Program-made: the position numbers and the translations under genes
The notes under the pieces: generated by a model
Told to the model about the DNA's origin: nothing
The model's input: only the letters and a program-made list of their open reading frames with translations
Database searches by the model: none
Part shown: positions 1-9,400 of the stretch, in pieces
Layout of the letters: every line of letters begins with the position of its first letter
Numbering within the stretch: the stretch's first letter is position 1
Assembly: GCA_001724265.1 (NCBI GenBank)
Contig: MEDY01000332.1
Location: 1-33,168, forward strand
From: Rhizaria sp. SCN 62-66
Lineage: Eukaryota
DNA length: 33,168 nucleotides
Reading direction: 5' to 3'

Positions 1-1005
1 CGCGGCGGCCAGCGCGGCGACGGCGTCCGCGGCGGGCGTGTTGGAGTAGACGGCCTTGTCGGTGCGCGGCGCGAGGAGGTGGCCGTAGACGCGGAGCTCC
101 TGCTCGAGCCCCAGGCCCATGGCGCGCTGGGGCAGGTCGACGCCGACGATCGAGGCGTGCGCGCGGTGCGCGGCGCCGTAAGCCTCGAAGACAAAGACGT
201 CGCCCATGCGCGAGAGTGCGGCGCAGAAGGCGCGGATGCGCGCGGGCGCGGCGCGGACCTCCTTGCCGTCGCGGTCGACGCCGGAGCCGATCTCCTCGAC
301 GTGGAAGCGCAGGTTCTCGCACAGGAACACGGTGCCCGGAGCGCAGGCGCGCGTGCGGGCCTCGGCTTCGGCGCCCACGCAGTCGGGCAGGAACTCGACG
401 GGCGTGCGCGGGCCCAGACACTGCTGCAGGTAGGGCACCAGGGGCGCGAGCGAGAAGTCCGCGCGGTCGAAGGCGCCGGCGGGCCGGCCCAAGTGCGTGA
501 CGATGACAACGCAGTGCGCGCCCGGAAGCCCGCCGCGGCCAGCGAGCAGCGCGCGGATGGTGGGCAGCGACTGGTCGACGCGGATCGTGTCCTCGATCGC
601 GCCGTCAGGCGTCACGACGACGTTGTAGTCGGTGCGCAACAGCACGCGCTTGCCCGCCCAGTCCAGCTGTGCCAGAGACAGCTTCGTCGGCTCGCCGGCC
701 CGCAGCGCGCGCGCCGTCGACGAGTCGCGGTACGGCAGCGCCAGCGTCGTCGTCGTCGCAGCCGCGGCGCCGCCCGCAGCGGCGCCCGCGCCCGCGCCAG
801 CGCCCGAGCCCGGAGCGGCGCTGCGGCGGGAGGACGAGGAGGGGAAGAGGCGGCGCCAGAGCAGCGCGCCAAGGCCTGATGCGGCGCCCAACGCGGCCGC
901 GGACATGAGCAGGCGCCCATAACGCTGCCAGAAGGTCAGCTGCGCGCGCAGCTGCTCCGGAGTCAGCTTAGAAACCGCGGCAGCAGCAGCGGCAGGAGCA
1001 GACAT
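1..1005 (-). CDS. PGK: Phosphoglycerate kinase (N-terminal part; continues off the left edge) with ~100-aa N-terminal extension
   Basis: Not in the ORF track because there is no stop inside the window. Manual translation from ATG 1005 gives MSAPAAAAAAVSKLTPEQLRAQLTFWQRYGRLLMSAAALG...KLSLAQLDWAGKRVLLRTDYNVVVTPDGAIEDTIRVDQSLPTI...VIVTHLGRP...FSLAPLVPYL...VEFLPDCVG...VFLCENLRFHVEE...GDVFVFEAYGAAHRAHASIVG. These match the PGK N-domain motifs RVDFNVP, HLGRP, ENLRFH and DAFGTAHRAH. A second in-frame ATG lies at 906. Confidence 0.93.
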   Translation of the reverse strand, partial: MSAPAAAAAAVSKLTPEQLRAQLTFWQRYGRLLMSAAALGAASGLGALLWRRLFPSSSSRRSAAPGSGAGAGAGAAAGGAAAATTTTLALPYRDSSTARALRAGEPTKLSLAQLDWAGKRVLLRTDYNVVVTPDGAIEDTIRVDQSLPTIRALLAGRGGLPGAHCVVIVTHLGRPAGAFDRADFSLAPLVPYLQQCLGPRTPVEFLPDCVGAEAEARTRACAPGTVFLCENLRFHVEEIGSGVDRDGKEVRAAPARIRAFCAALSRMGDVFVFEAYGAAHRAHASIVGVDLPQRAMGLGLEQELRVYGHLLAPRTDKAVYSNTPAADAVAALAAA

Positions 1006-1653
1006 TGGATTGTTTGCGGAGACGCAGGAGCGTTCGAAATGCTTTGATAAAGCTGCTTACGGTGTCAAAAGCGGGGAAGTGTAAGCGGTAAAGCGGTAAA
1101 AGTGTCTTGTCTGTTCTGACAAAAGTTTGATAGTGCGAGAGAGCAACAGGAAAAACAAAGTGAGTTGCGGTCGACGTCATCAATGTTTGGTGCGAACCGG
1201 ATGCGAATTGTGCAGTGAATAATGCATTCAGGGCGATGAGCTCAAGTGAAACCTAAAAGAATACCACTTGTAAAACGATGATTGAAATTCGGTATCTTGG
1301 TTAAGTGCGAGCGAAGTACATGATGAAGCGTAGGAATAGGTGGCTGCTTGAACATCGAGTCAAGGAAGAACCAACTCTCGCCACGTCTTGAACAGCTGCA
1401 TGGACGCTGCATGCAAGGGACACAATATTGACACGTAATAATAAATAGCAATGCCGATTGTTCTAACTTAAAAATGTGTTGGTCCAATGACAATTTAAAG
1501 CATCGTGCATCTCGAAAGTGGGTGCAACGAGGAACCACAAGCGCCAGCGGCTCGGTGAAAAATCCCGCCTTTAATGGCACTCTAATCCACGTTGACTGCG
1601 CCGCATACTCATCGTCGCTGGTGTTAAAATTACTGAATATAGCTTTTAAATAT

Positions 1654-1719
1654 GTATGTCTATAGTATCTTAAATTCCATTTTTCTCTATGTCTACTCCA
1701 TGGCTTCCTATGTTCATAG
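1654..1719 (+). other. Possible 5'-UTR intron of MCM8
   Basis: GTATGT donor at 1654, pyrimidine-rich body and CATAG acceptor ending at 1719. If spliced it removes the ATG at 1689, making ATG 1788 the start. Confidence 0.4.
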
Positions 1720-4700
1720 GGACTCCTCAGTCTATCACGACAACTGCTTGGATCGACTCAGCATCTCGCGCCTTTGGCAGCACAACGATGATCAATAGTG
1801 GCGTTGGTTATAGGTATGGCTACAGTCAGGGCCCTTCTTCTCCGCCTCATTACGGCCCATCCGTGCCGCCTCATAGCAATGACGACGACTCCGGTCGTGG
1901 CTACAGCACCACCACAGACTCTTCCTCCGCGGCCGCATCATCGTCAGCGTCAACGTCAACGTCAGCGCAACAGCAGAAGCAGCGGGAGCAAGAGCAGCGC
2001 TCTGAAGCCCTGTCGCACCTAATTGACTCGCTGCTGTGGGAGCTGTACGACCCCTGCTACACGCTGCGCCCGCGCGCGGACGTAGCCAGTACCAACGACC
2101 TCGGCGTCAACCCGGCCTCCGCGCGCGCCTTTGCGCTCGCCTGCGCCGCCGCCTTCGCCGCCTCGCCACGGCAGTACTTCTGCGCCGCCGACGCGCGCCG
2201 CTCGCGCCGTGTGGTGGTGGACTGGGCGCTGCTCTCGCGCGACCTGGCGGGCGACGTAGCGCCCCCGCAGCTCGAGGGGCTCGTGCACTCGCACCCGCTC
2301 GTCTTCCTGGCACTCTTCGCCATGGCCGCGCACGCCGCGCTCGTGCTCGCGCGCGCGCTCCCGCCGCCGCCGCACGCGCGTGACATCGCTGCCGCCGCGG
2401 CCGCCGCGCTCGCCGCCGACCCCTCCCTCTCCGACAGTACCGTCAACAGCAGCAATGGCGGAGGGGACAACTGCGACAGGTCGCTGGCCGAGGGCGCCCG
2501 CGAGCGCGCGCGCGCGGCGGAGCGGCTGCAGTGCCGGCTGCGCGGCTACCCCCACGAGCTGCCCCTGCGCGAGGTCAAGTCGGTGCTGCTGGGCCGGCTC
2601 GTCTCGCTGCGCGGCACCGTGTTCTCGGCCGGACCCGTGCGCCCCATCTGCGGACATCTGCGCCTGCGCTGCCCGCTCTGCGGCTTTGCCACCGAGCTGG
2701 CCGTCGCCGCAGGCGCGGGCGGGGCCTTCCAGCCGCCGTCGATGTGTCCGCGGCCCTCGGGCTACTGCCGCAACGCGCGCCTCGACGTCGACCGCGCCGC
2801 GCTGCCTGGCACGGAGCGCGATTGGCGCCTACTCCGCCTCCAAGCGCTGCCCGCGCGCGCCTCCGCCGCCGCCGCGGCCGCTACGGGCGGGGGCGGCGAC
2901 GGCGGCGCGGTGGGCGTGCCCGCGTGCGTGGACGTGGAGCTGACGGACGAGCTGGTCGACATGGTCGCCGCCAACGCCAGCGACGGCGGCGACTGCGGCA
3001 GCGGCGGCGGCGGCGGGATTGGGCCGGGCGACGCCGTGGTGGTGACGGGGATCCTGCGCGGGCGGCTGCAGGCGCGCACGGGCGTGCTGAGCACGCTCTA
3101 CGTCGAGGCCGTTGACGTCGTCCGCGCGGGCGCCTACGTCGCCGGCGCCGTCGCCAAGGGGCTCGCCGATGTGCACCGCCGCGTGCCTGGCGAGCCGCCG
3201 CTGGAGCCGCCCGCCCTCGGCGGCACACACGGTGCACGCGGTGGCGCGCTTGGCGGCGCGCTTGGCGGCGCGCTCGGCGGCGCGCTACACGCGGGCAACA
3301 CTGGTGGCGCCAACAGTGACCCGCTCGGCACTGGCGCTGGCGCCCCGTTTGCTGCTGATGGCGGCGGCAGCGGCGGCGGCAGCACTGGGCTGGAGCGTGA
3401 CGCGAGCGCGCTGGGGGTGCTCGCGCGCGCGGCCGCGGACGCCGCCGCGCTGCGCGCCGAGGCGGTCCGTCTGTCCGCCGCCGCGGGCGCACACGCCGGC
3501 GGCCACGGCCACGGCCATGGCCACAGCGGCAGCGGTGGCGCGGCGGACGCGCTGCTGTCGCGGCTGTCTGCGCCCGCGGTGACGGCGAGCGGGCTGGCGC
3601 TGTCGCTGCAGGACCTGGCGGACCTGGCGGCCGTGGCGGCGCGGCCCGCGCTGCTGCCGCGACTCGCGCGCGCGCTGTGCCCCGCGATCGTGGGCCACGA
3701 GGCCGTTAAGGCCGCGCTGCTGCTCGCGCTCTTCGGCGGCGTCCCCAAGGCCGCGGACGTTGCGGGGCCCACCGGCGGGAGTGATGACGATGGCGGAGGC
3801 GGCGGCGGCGCCGCTGCGGGCAGCGGGCACAAGGAACACAACGAACTCGGCAGCGAACCGCAGCAAAAGCAGCAACAGCAGCGCGAGCAGCAGCAGCAGC
3901 GGGAGCAAGAGCAGCAGGCGCAGGACGCGGCCGCGGCGGCCCAGGTCCGCGGCTCGCTGCACGTGCTCGTGGTCGGCGACCCCGGTCTGGGCAAGTCGCA
4001 GCTGCTGCGCGCGGCGGCCCGCGCGGCGCCGCTGTCCGTCCTTGTCTCGGGCACCGGTGCGTCATCGGCGGGCCTCACCGTCTCGCTCGCGCGCGAGGCC
4101 GGCGGCGGCGGAGACTTCTCGCTGGAGCCCGGCGCGCTGGTGTGCGCCGACGGCGGCGTGTGCTGCGTGGACGAGTTCGACAAGATGCCCGCGGCGCAGC
4201 ACGACGCGCTGCTCGAGGCCATGGAGCAGCAGACCGTGTCGGTCGCCAAGGGCGGGCTCGTCTCGCAGGTCGCCGCGCGCGCGGGCGTGCTGGCTGCCGC
4301 CAACCCCGTGGGCGGGCACTATGACCGCGCGCGCACGCTGGGCGGGAATCTGAAGCTGCCCGCAGCGCTGCTGTCGCGCTTCGACCTGGTGTTCCTGCTT
4401 GAGGACCGGCCCGACCGCGAGCGCGACCAGGCACTCTCGGCCCACATCGTCGCGATGCACTCCGGCGCCGCCAGCAGCATGGGCGGGGGCGGGGGGCTGC
4501 CGCTGCTGCAGTACCAGGGACAGGGGCACGCTTTGTCTCAGTCAATGAGCATGAGTCAGGGACAGCTGCAGTACCACCCCTCCCAGTCGCAACAGTCGTT
4601 TGGACAGGGACAGGCGCAATATGGCGGTCTGACGCCGCGGCGCGGACTGATGGCGCAGCTGCGGGACCCGGCCTTGACGCAGAGCCTGGAGTCTGACAGG

Positions 4701-5411
4701 CCGCGCTTGACTGCGGGGCTGCTGCGCAAGTACATCGCCTTTGCGCGCGAGCGCTGCCGGCCGCGGCTGTCGGCGGGCGCGCGGCGCGTGCTGGGCGAGT
4801 ACTTCCTGCAGCTGCGGCGCGACCACCGTGCGCACACAGCGCTGCTGGGCGCAGCGGGCTCACGCACGGCGCTGCCGCTGACGCTGCGCCAACTCGAAGG
4901 GCTGGTGCGGCTCACGGAGGCACGCGCGCGCGTCGAGCTGCGGCCTGTGGCTACTGCAGCGGATGCGGCGGACGCAGTCGAGCTTATGCAGCTCGCGCTG
5001 CGCGGCGTAATGGGGGCCGGCGAGGACGGAGACAGCGGCAGCAGCAACAGTGTTGGTGACCATGCCGTGGACGCGACGCTGGCGCAGTTCCGCAACGAAC
5101 GCGGGCTTGCTGTTGGCCCCGGTGCAAGTCCATTTGGCTCAAATTCTGGGTTTGGAGCCGGGATGGACTTGAGGAGTGTCGGTGCGACCAAGGGCCGTGG
5201 TGCGAAAGCGAAGATCGAGCAGGCGCTACTGGGCGACCTGCGGCGGCAAGTGGCGTGCGGACACGCGCGCCTGTTCACTAAGCACGAGCTGCAGGCGACA
5301 GGACGTCGACTGGGACTTGAGGGCAGCGCTTATGAACTTGCGATAGCTGGGCTCAACAACCAGAACGCGCTCCTCCTCAAAGGCAACGGGAGCTACGAGG
5401 TGGCACAATAA
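1689..5411 (+). CDS. MCM8: MCM8 DNA helicase (MCM family AAA+ ATPase); true start may be ATG 1788
   Basis: Walker A GDPGLGKSQLL (MCM8-type), Walker B VDEFDKM, LLEAMEQQTVSVAK, AAANPVGGHYD, arginine finger ALLSRFDL, Zn-finger CPLC...CPRPSGYC, sensor-2 RQLEGLVRLTEARAR and an MCM8-like C-terminus LNNQNALLLKGNGSYEV. No introns are apparent in the ORF. Ends TAA. Confidence 0.9.
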   Translation: MSTPWLPMFIGTPQSITTTAWIDSASRAFGSTTMINSGVGYRYGYSQGPSSPPHYGPSVPPHSNDDDSGRGYSTTTDSSSAAASSSASTSTSAQQQKQREQEQRSEALSHLIDSLLWELYDPCYTLRPRADVASTNDLGVNPASARAFALACAAAFAASPRQYFCAADARRSRRVVVDWALLSRDLAGDVAPPQLEGLVHSHPLVFLALFAMAAHAALVLARALPPPPHARDIAAAAAAALAADPSLSDSTVNSSNGGGDNCDRSLAEGARERARAAERLQCRLRGYPHELPLREVKSVLLGRLVSLRGTVFSAGPVRPICGHLRLRCPLCGFATELAVAAGAGGAFQPPSMCPRPSGYCRNARLDVDRAALPGTERDWRLLRLQALPARASAAAAAATGGGGDGGAVGVPACVDVELTDELVDMVAANASDGGDCGSGGGGGIGPGDAVVVTGILRGRLQARTGVLSTLYVEAVDVVRAGAYVAGAVAKGLADVHRRVPGEPPLEPPALGGTHGARGGALGGALGGALGGALHAGNTGGANSDPLGTGAGAPFAADGGGSGGGSTGLERDASALGVLARAAADAAALRAEAVRLSAAAGAHAGGHGHGHGHSGSGGAADALLSRLSAPAVTASGLALSLQDLADLAAVAARPALLPRLARALCPAIVGHEAVKAALLLALFGGVPKAADVAGPTGGSDDDGGGGGGAAAGSGHKEHNELGSEPQQKQQQQREQQQQREQEQQAQDAAAAAQVRGSLHVLVVGDPGLGKSQLLRAAARAAPLSVLVSGTGASSAGLTVSLAREAGGGGDFSLEPGALVCADGGVCCVDEFDKMPAAQHDALLEAMEQQTVSVAKGGLVSQVAARAGVLAAANPVGGHYDRARTLGGNLKLPAALLSRFDLVFLLEDRPDRERDQALSAHIVAMHSGAASSMGGGGGLPLLQYQGQGHALSQSMSMSQGQLQYHPSQSQQSFGQGQAQYGGLTPRRGLMAQLRDPALTQSLESDRPRLTAGLLRKYIAFARERCRPRLSAGARRVLGEYFLQLRRDHRAHTALLGAAGSRTALPLTLRQLEGLVRLTEARARVELRPVATAADAADAVELMQLALRGVMGAGEDGDSGSSNSVGDHAVDATLAQFRNERGLAVGPGASPFGSNSGFGAGMDLRSVGATKGRGAKAKIEQALLGDLRRQVACGHARLFTKHELQATGRRLGLEGSAYELAIAGLNNQNALLLKGNGSYEVAQ

Positions 5412-5500
5412 GAACTCTGACGTTTTGATCGGTACTTTTGAGAAAAAAAAATGTTTTCAGCCTAACGTACAACGTAATACATAGTTATCTCTATTAATTG

Positions 5501-5540
5501 AAAGAATCTTCCTAACAGCTAAAGAATCTTCCTAACAGCT
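5501..5540. repeat. Perfect 20-bp tandem duplication (AAAGAATCTTCCTAACAGCT x2)
   Basis: Directly visible at 5501-5520 and 5521-5540. Confidence 0.95.
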
Positions 5541-5559
5541 TGTTAAGAGGAACCCCGAG

Positions 5560-6000
5560 GAATCTCAGATATAAAACACATCCAAATAAGAATAATCTAT
5601 GCATTTAAAAATAATTTTAAAAGTATATACATATTATATTTTATTTTAGGTGTTTTTATTTATTGCAAATTAATTTCTACCAATTATAAAAATATTATTG
5701 TTTTAATTAAGTGGAACTGATTTTAAAAATTTAATTAGATTTAATATTATTGATTTTAATTTCGTAAAAAACGTTTGTTAACGTTTTGTGTGTCATGAAT
5801 ATCGCAGAAAAAAAGAAAACATGAGTATTAACTTTTTAAAAAATATTAAAAAAACACATAATATGATAAAAACAAAATAATTTAATTACTAATGCATATA
5901 TTACAAGTTTACATTTCACCTATAAAAATAACTCAGAAATTAGTATAAAATAACATGAAAATTATATCTTATGTCTTAACAACATTTAACAATATTATTC
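5560..6000. other. Extremely AT-rich spacer between convergent genes
   Basis: Near-pure A/T tract between MCM8 (+) and the large minus-strand gene, T-rich on the left and A-rich on the right. Confidence 0.8.
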
Positions 6001-6487
6001 GATGTTACGACGTCTGTTGAGACTTGCTTATTGCAGTCCGGGGAAGCAATGAGGTTATCTGGGTGTCTTCATGATATGTTGGGGTTACGTGTCAAGATAT
6101 ATCGCGATGAGCGGTTCATACATGCGTGAATTATTTTGAGATGTATCTGCGATGCTAGCATCTAGAACAAAGCGTTTTATTGAGAGAGAATAGTGACTGA
6201 AGAAGTCCTCTAGTGAAATAGCGCCTAACTAACGGCGACTTGATGAGCGACGAGTGGGTAATCGGGTAGGCAATTAGTCGCGTTTGGACAAAAGTCGATA
6301 GGATTCGATAAGATAAGATAAATGGAATAAAAGTTCAGCACTGTCTCAAAACAAATAGGATTACGGATGACGGATTTCGATTGCGGGTTTCGTGATTTCG
6401 GGATTGCGAATGGTGATTTTCTCTGGTATCGTCGTCGTTCTTGGTTCGTGTGCGGTTCTTACATCAAGACAGCACAAGGCTAAGTAG

Positions 6488-9400
6488 TTATGGTTCTTCC
6501 GCCTCCAACTCTGCTGGTGTTGCGGGAATGAAATTGAGAGGTGACGGGTATAGATTCGTAACGAGCATCCGCGGTGATACTATCGGTGGCGCGCCGTTGC
6601 TCGCACTCGGTGCAGCATGAAGATGCCGCTGACGGACTCTACTCCCACTGTGGGTGAGAGTGTTCGCAGCTGCTGACGATGATGCAGATACGACTGATTG
6701 TGGTGTTGAGTCGTCCTGCTGCGTAGGCGGCCGTGACGGTGTCGATGTTGTCGCCATCGTTGCATCGACAGCCACATTTGGCGATGCAGCCAGCTGCTGT
6801 TGCGATGTTGTAGTCGCCGTCCTCACGATCATTCTGTTGTGTCGCGGCGAAGGCGTATGCGCCCGCTGCGGCTCCGCAGATGTCGCAGTGGCCGTAGTGG
6901 CTGTCGCGTTGCCAACAGATGGCATGCTTGCGCCTGCCACGGCGTCTAATGAGGCGTGGAATGCAGTGAGCGGCTGCTGTCGCTGTTGCTGCTGTTGCTG
7001 CTGCTGCCGTCGCTGCCCCCACTCCACGGTCGTGGCGGAAAAGACGGGCGCGTTGGTGAGGCGCGTGATGGGCACGGAGGCGCGTTCGGGGAAAAGCTGC
7101 GAGATGAGCGCAAAGGTCCTACTCGCGTGGCTCGTGTGGCTCGCATTGAGGGCACCGGGGGACGCACTGGAGAAGGAGGCAAACTGGCTCTGGTTGTGAC
7201 TCGCGGCGGACTGATTCAGTAGATCATGACCACCCGCCTTGCCGGGACTGAAGCCAAAACCGTTACAGTGGCTCTGAGAGCTGAGGTTGTTCGCGTCGTC
7301 GCCTGCAGTCATAGCGCGGTGCCAGCGGGCGAGAGCGCGGCGCAGAGTCACCACCGCAGAATGATGCTGCGCGGTCGCAGTCATGGGGTTGGTGTTAGCG
7401 GTCACGGAGTCGGGGGCGAGCGCTGGACCGAGCAGCAGGCCGCATAGCTCTGCTAGCGGCGATGCCACAGGAGCCGCGCCGCGCCCGTTGTCTTGTCCAT
7501 GCTCTCGTTCATGCTCGTGCTGCATTGCACGCTGATGATTGTGCATGAGCCAGTCAGCCAGCTGCGCCGCGGCCTCGCCATCATTGTCACGCCCATTCTT
7601 AGGTTCCATGGCGGCGCTGCTGTTGAGGTCCTCGTGATTGTCGCCAACCGCATCAGCGTCGGCAGCGACATCCGCATCGACACGCGCTCGCAGCGCGCGC
7701 AGAGCCGCCCACACGGCGGCTTGCTCGCGACTCAGCGCAGCAGCAGCAGCAGCGGGCACGACCGTCGCATCAGCATCGGTCTCGGCTTCCATCCAGGCGA
7801 GCGGGAGCCCCGCTACACCCCTCAGGGCTCCGGCAATGCCGACGCCGCTGCTGCGGCGGCCCGCACTCAGACTGCCCCGCGCATTGACAGCGTTGGCCGC
7901 GACGGGAGCCAGGGCGCTGGCGCTGACGTTGGAGCTCAGGCTGGTCTGCGGGTTGAGGCGGGGCGGGACGGGCGAGATGCCATGCGTGCGCTCGCTGTCG
8001 CTGGAGCGCGCGCGGGCCAGCGCGGCCTCGAAGCAAAACGGGATCCCGCCGCGGCGGCTCCGCCTCACGTTGCCTTCGTCCTCGCCGTCGCCGTCGCCAT
8101 CGCGGGCGCGGCCCCCGAGCTTGAGCCCGCCGTCGTCGTCGTCATCATCGTCGTCGCTCTGGAAGGACGAGCGACGCTGGCGGTGGTACTCGAGGTCGCG
8201 GGCCACGGTGGGCTCGGGCAGCAGCTGCGTCAACGACAGCGCCGCTGACGCCGAGCCGCGGCTCGCGCGGGCGTCGCCGGCCGCGCTGGCGCCGCTGCGC
8301 CGGGCCCTGGCGCGGAGCCGGCTGCCGCCCAGGTCGGGCGACTCGTGCGCGCGCACCTGGTGCACCAACAGGTCGCTCACGACCACTGGCGTCGCCGCCG
8401 CCGCGGCGGCGGCGACAGAGACGGCGGGGAGGCCCAGGGAGGCGAGCCCAGGCGCGGCGAAGGGCGAGCCAAAGACGGTGCCGTCGGCGCTGCCCAGCGC
8501 GGGGCCGGGGCTGATCCCGAGCCCGATACCGGGGCTCGCGCTGTGGTGGTACGAGAAGTCGCTGTTGTGCGGGGACTGCGACGGAAAAAGCTGCAGAGCT
8601 TGCTGTTGCTGCTGCTGCTGCTGCTGCTCGGCAGCCGTTGCGGCGGCGACAGCGGCGGCCGCGGCCGCTGCATCGATGCCGGCACTTGCAGCCGCAGCCA
8701 GAGCCGTGCGCGCGACGTCGAGACTCGCCCCTCCAGCGGTCGGCTGCTGCAGCGCATGGCCAGGAGTGCTGCCATGCTGCTGCTGCTGTTGTTGTTGCGG
8801 CGGGACAAAGAAGGAGCGGTCCTCACCCGCGAGCGACTGCTCCAGGTCCCCGGCTAGCGCCGCCGCGCCCGTGACGCTCACGTTGAGCACGGCCAGCTGG
8901 CTGTGGCTCTGGTACTGGCTCAGCGGCTCGTTGCCGTTGGTGTTGCTGGCGTTGTTGTTGGCGCTGCTGGGCTTGCCCAGTCTGTCGAGTCTGTCTCGCT
9001 TGCCATCGGCGCCGTTGCCACCCAGCGTGTGCTGCAGGTTCATGCTGACGCGGTACCCGTCTGCCCCCTCGTCCTCATCATCGTCGTCGTCATCCCGGCC
9101 GCGGCCGCGGCCGCGACCGTGGTCGAGGTCGAGGTCGCCGCTGCTGTTGAGGTCGGCGAAGCGCCCGCGCCCGCGCGCGCGCCTGCTGCCGCTGCCGCCG
9201 CTGCCGCCGCTGCGACCACCGCGAACGTCGCGGTCGTCGTCGCCGTCGCCCCTGCTGCTGGCGCGGCGGCGGCGGGGAGGGCTGGCCCTGTTGCTGCTCA
9301 GGTCCGCGCTGTCGTCGCAGCCGTCGCCGTCGCCGTTGTCGTCGTCGCTGGGCGGCCCGTCGCGCAGCGACACGTGCCCCCCGCCCCCGTTGCCCACGCT

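Noticed and set aside
79-879. 266-aa + strand ORF
   Set aside because: Antisense shadow of the PGK gene; the minus-strand frame carries the conserved motifs.
1689-5411. Intein in the MCM ATPase domain
   Set aside because: The inserts are low-complexity G/Q/A runs without Cys/Ser-start...His-Asn-end splicing motifs or homing endonuclease motifs.
5501-5540. CRISPR-like repeat or target-site duplication
   Set aside because: Two abutting copies with no spacer or intervening element, in a eukaryotic context.
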